The notes under the pieces: generated by a model
What the model was told of the DNA's origin: nothing
Seen by the model: only the letters and a program-made list of their open reading frames with translations
Database searches by the model: none
NCBI GenBank assembly: GCA_031361295.1
Contig: JANMCN010000240.1
Span: 4,505-68,504, forward strand
Direction of reading: 5' to 3'
DNA length: 64,000 nucleotides
Source of the DNA: Acidobacteriota bacterium
Lineage (GTDB): Bacteria > Acidobacteriota > Vicinamibacteria > Vicinamibacterales > 2-12-FULL-66-21
Position numbers and translations under genes: made by a program
Part shown: piece by piece, positions 61,953-64,000 of the stretch
Numbering within the stretch: the first letter of the stretch is position 1
Layout of the letters: each line of letters begins with the position of its first letter

Positions 61953-62752
61953 ATGGGGGGCGCCGCCGCGCGGCCGTCCTCATGGCCCTCGTCGTCTGTC
62001 TGGCGAGCGGCGTCGCGTTCGCCCAGCGCGGTCGCGGGCGCAGCCGGAGACCGGAGTTGAGCGTCCAGGTCCAGGGCAATACGCCGTACGACGGCCGGTT
62101 CGTGTTCGTGCGGCTGCGTTACAGCGCCGCGTTCGGCCGCTGGGGGAACTGGATCGGGGACGGCGGAGTGCCGTGGTCTCACGATTACCCCGACGGTGAG
62201 GTGCACTTCTCGAAGATCCTGGAGGAGCTGACGCTGCTGAACATCAGGACCGATGGATCGAACATCCTGGGTCTGGACGACCCGGAGCTGTTCAATTACC
62301 CGGTGGCGTACATGGCGGAACCGGGGCACTGGGGTGTGACACCGTCCGAGGCGTCCTCCTTTCGAAGCTACCTCCTAAAGGGCGGGTTCGTGATCTTCGA
62401 CGACTTCCGCGGCAGCGACTGGGACAACCTGCAGGAGCAGATGCGGGTGGTGCTGCCCGATGCGCGGTGGGTGCAGCTCGATGGCACGGCGAGGGTGTTC
62501 CACGCGTTCTTCGAAATTCCGCACCCGGAGACGCTGGCCCCTCCGGCGATCTACGGCGGGCAGTTCGTCCCGAGCTATTGGGGCCTGTTCGTGGACAACG
62601 ATCCCGCGAAACGGCTGATGGCGGTGGCGAACGTGAACAACGATATCAGCGAGTACTGGGAGTTTTCCGACACCGGCGTCGCGCCGGTCGATCTGACGAA
62701 CGACGCGTACAAGTTCGGCGTCAATTACGTCATGTACGCACTGACGCACTGA
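61949..62752 (+). CDS. DUF4159 domain protein
   Basis: WSHDYPDGEVHFSKILEELT, LFNYPVAYMAEPGHW, YLLKGGFVIFDDFRG and VFHAFFEI. Confidence 0.7.
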   Translation: MNGGRRRAAVLMALVVCLASGVAFAQRGRGRSRRPELSVQVQGNTPYDGRFVFVRLRYSAAFGRWGNWIGDGGVPWSHDYPDGEVHFSKILEELTLLNIRTDGSNILGLDDPELFNYPVAYMAEPGHWGVTPSEASSFRSYLLKGGFVIFDDFRGSDWDNLQEQMRVVLPDARWVQLDGTARVFHAFFEIPHPETLAPPAIYGGQFVPSYWGLFVDNDPAKRLMAVANVNNDISEYWEFSDTGVAPVDLTNDAYKFGVNYVMYALTH

Positions 62753-62795
62753 AGGAGCCCGTGCCGACACGGGCCAATCTCCTGAGGAGGCCGTT

Positions 62796-63833
62796 TTGAA
62801 TTCTCCCGTCACTGACACCCTCGATCTCGAATCGCCGGACGATGTCGCGCTGGCTGAGCGGATGAAGACCGGCCGTGATCGGATCATCTCCGAGCTGCGG
62901 AAGCTCATCATCGGCCAGGACGACGTCGTCAACGAGGTGCTGCTGACGCTGTTCGTCGGGGGCAACAGCCTGATCGTCGGGGTGCCCGGCCTGGCGAAGA
63001 CCCTGCTGATCCACACGCTCGCGCGCGTGCTGGATCTGAAGTTCAACCGCATCCAGTTCACGCCCGACCTGATGCCCTCCGACATCACCGGCACGGACAT
63101 CATCCAGGAGGACTCGGGAACCGGCCGCCGGCAGATGGTCTTTGCGCCGGGGCCGATCTTCGCCAACATCGTGCTCGCCGACGAGATCAACCGGACGCCG
63201 CCGAAGACGCAATCGGCGCTCCTCGAAGCCATGCAGGAGCACCGCGTCACGATCCAGGGCCGCACGTACAAGCTCGAAGAGCCGTTCTACGTGTTCGCCA
63301 CGCAGAATCCGATCGAGCTCGAGGGGACGTACCCGCTGCCCGAGGCGCAGCTCGATCGATTCATGTTCCACATCGTGATCGATCATCCGCCGGAGGACGA
63401 GGAGTTCGAAGTCATCCGGACGACGACCGCGATCGTCGATCCGAAATTCGAGCGCACCGTGACCGGCGAGGATCTCGTCGCCTTCCAGCGCCTGGTGCGG
63501 CGCGTGCCGGTGGCGGAGCCCGTCATGCGGTACGCGCTGAACCTCGTCCGGGCGAGCCGGCCCAAATCCCCGACATGCCCGGACTCGGTGAAGAAATGGG
63601 TGGCGTTCGGCGGCAGCGTCCGCGCCGCACAATATCTCGTGCTCGGCGCAAAGGCCCGCGCGCTGACCAGCGGCCGCTATCACGTGAGTTTCGACGACAT
63701 CCGCGCCATGGCTCACCCCGTCCTCAGGCACCGCGTGCTCACGAACTTTCACGCGCAGTCGGAGGCGATCTCGACCGACATGCTCATCGACCGCCTGCTC
63801 GAGGCGGTATCCGTGCCGCGCTCGGGGATGTGA
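62796..63833 (+). CDS. MoxR-family AAA+ ATPase
   Basis: IGQDDVVNEVLLTLFVGGNSLIVGVPGLAKT (Walker A), VLADEINRTPPKTQSALLEAMQE (Walker B / sensor) and ATQNPIELEGTYPLPEAQLDRF. Confidence 0.9.
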   Translation: MNSPVTDTLDLESPDDVALAERMKTGRDRIISELRKLIIGQDDVVNEVLLTLFVGGNSLIVGVPGLAKTLLIHTLARVLDLKFNRIQFTPDLMPSDITGTDIIQEDSGTGRRQMVFAPGPIFANIVLADEINRTPPKTQSALLEAMQEHRVTIQGRTYKLEEPFYVFATQNPIELEGTYPLPEAQLDRFMFHIVIDHPPEDEEFEVIRTTTAIVDPKFERTVTGEDLVAFQRLVRRVPVAEPVMRYALNLVRASRPKSPTCPDSVKKWVAFGGSVRAAQYLVLGAKARALTSGRYHVSFDDIRAMAHPVLRHRVLTNFHAQSEAISTDMLIDRLLEAVSVPRSGM

Positions 63834-63897
63834 AGACGCGTTTGGCGGGCGACGGTCGGGCCGTGGGCCGCGCCGTCCGGCAGAAAGGGAGAGAACG

Positions 63898-64000
63898 GTG
63901 AGGGGTTCGGAAAGCAGTCCAGGCGCGCGGTTCATCGATCCCGCGGTGCTCGCGCGCATCGGCAATCTCGAGCTCGTGGCGCGGCACGTGGTCGACGGCT
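63898..64000 (+). CDS. DUF58 protein, 5' fragment (runs off the window)
   Basis: The GTG at 63898 follows aaagggagag. FIDPAVLARIGNLELVARHVVDG is the typical DUF58 N-terminus, and DUF58 canonically follows moxR. Confidence 0.6.
   Translation, partial: MRGSESSPGARFIDPAVLARIGNLELVARHVVDG

Noticed and set aside
1-64000. Mobile elements, prophage, tRNA/rRNA genes, toxin-antitoxin or known defence systems
   Set aside because: I found no transposase, integrase, recombinase, phage structural, restriction-modification, Cas or nuclease-NTPase defence signatures in any credible ORF. I noticed no cloverleaf-like or rRNA-like segments in the intergenic regions. Without a tRNA or Rfam scan, small RNAs cannot be excluded.

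Overview
Very GC-rich bacterial chromosomal window with about 55 protein-coding genes on both strands. I saw no rRNA, tRNA, CRISPR array, transposase or integrase. The gene content fits an Acidobacteriota-like organism: CarboxypepD_reg-type TonB-like outer-membrane proteins, a MoxR/DUF58/vWA/DUF4159 cluster and an IPTL-CTERM-like tail. That placement is inference only. Layout, left to right: (1) 1-10.9 kb holds a secreted ice-binding-like protein fragment, a Crp/Fnr regulator, a TonB-like OMP, an OmpR/HK pair plus PAP2 phosphatase, an MBL hydrolase, and an NtrB/NtrC-type two-component system. (2) 11.0-27.0 kb is the main item. It is a 17-gene, almost gap-free, translationally coupled operon behind a near-consensus sigma-54 promoter. 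It encodes a type II FAS/PKS-like core (ACP, AcpS, two hotdog proteins, a degenerate KS plus a canonical KS, a stand-alone thioester reductase), a radical SAM/SPASM enzyme, an ABC-2 exporter, a tandem-duplicated GT28 glycosyltransferase, a CE4 deacetylase, a HAD phosphatase, a class III aminotransferase and a PaaK-like ligase. I cannot assign it to any characterised pathway. (3) 27-31.5 kb holds a flippase, a GT2 and a GT-C-like membrane protein. (4) 31.6-52 kb holds mixed envelope and catabolic genes, including lldD/lctP, proline dehydrogenase, an Omp85 protein with an unusual N-terminal domain, and a GT39-like protein. (5) 52.4-58.5 kb holds an asd-lysC-dapB-dapA-dapD-dapE-like lysine operon behind a leader that ends in an intrinsic terminator. 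(6) 58.6-64 kb holds a vWA/C13-like/DUF4159/MoxR/DUF58 cluster. Several intergenic regions carry short tandem heptamer repeats, and one carries a G-quadruplex-type tract. Many long ORFs in the six-frame track are antisense or out-of-frame shadows typical of high-GC DNA and were rejected.
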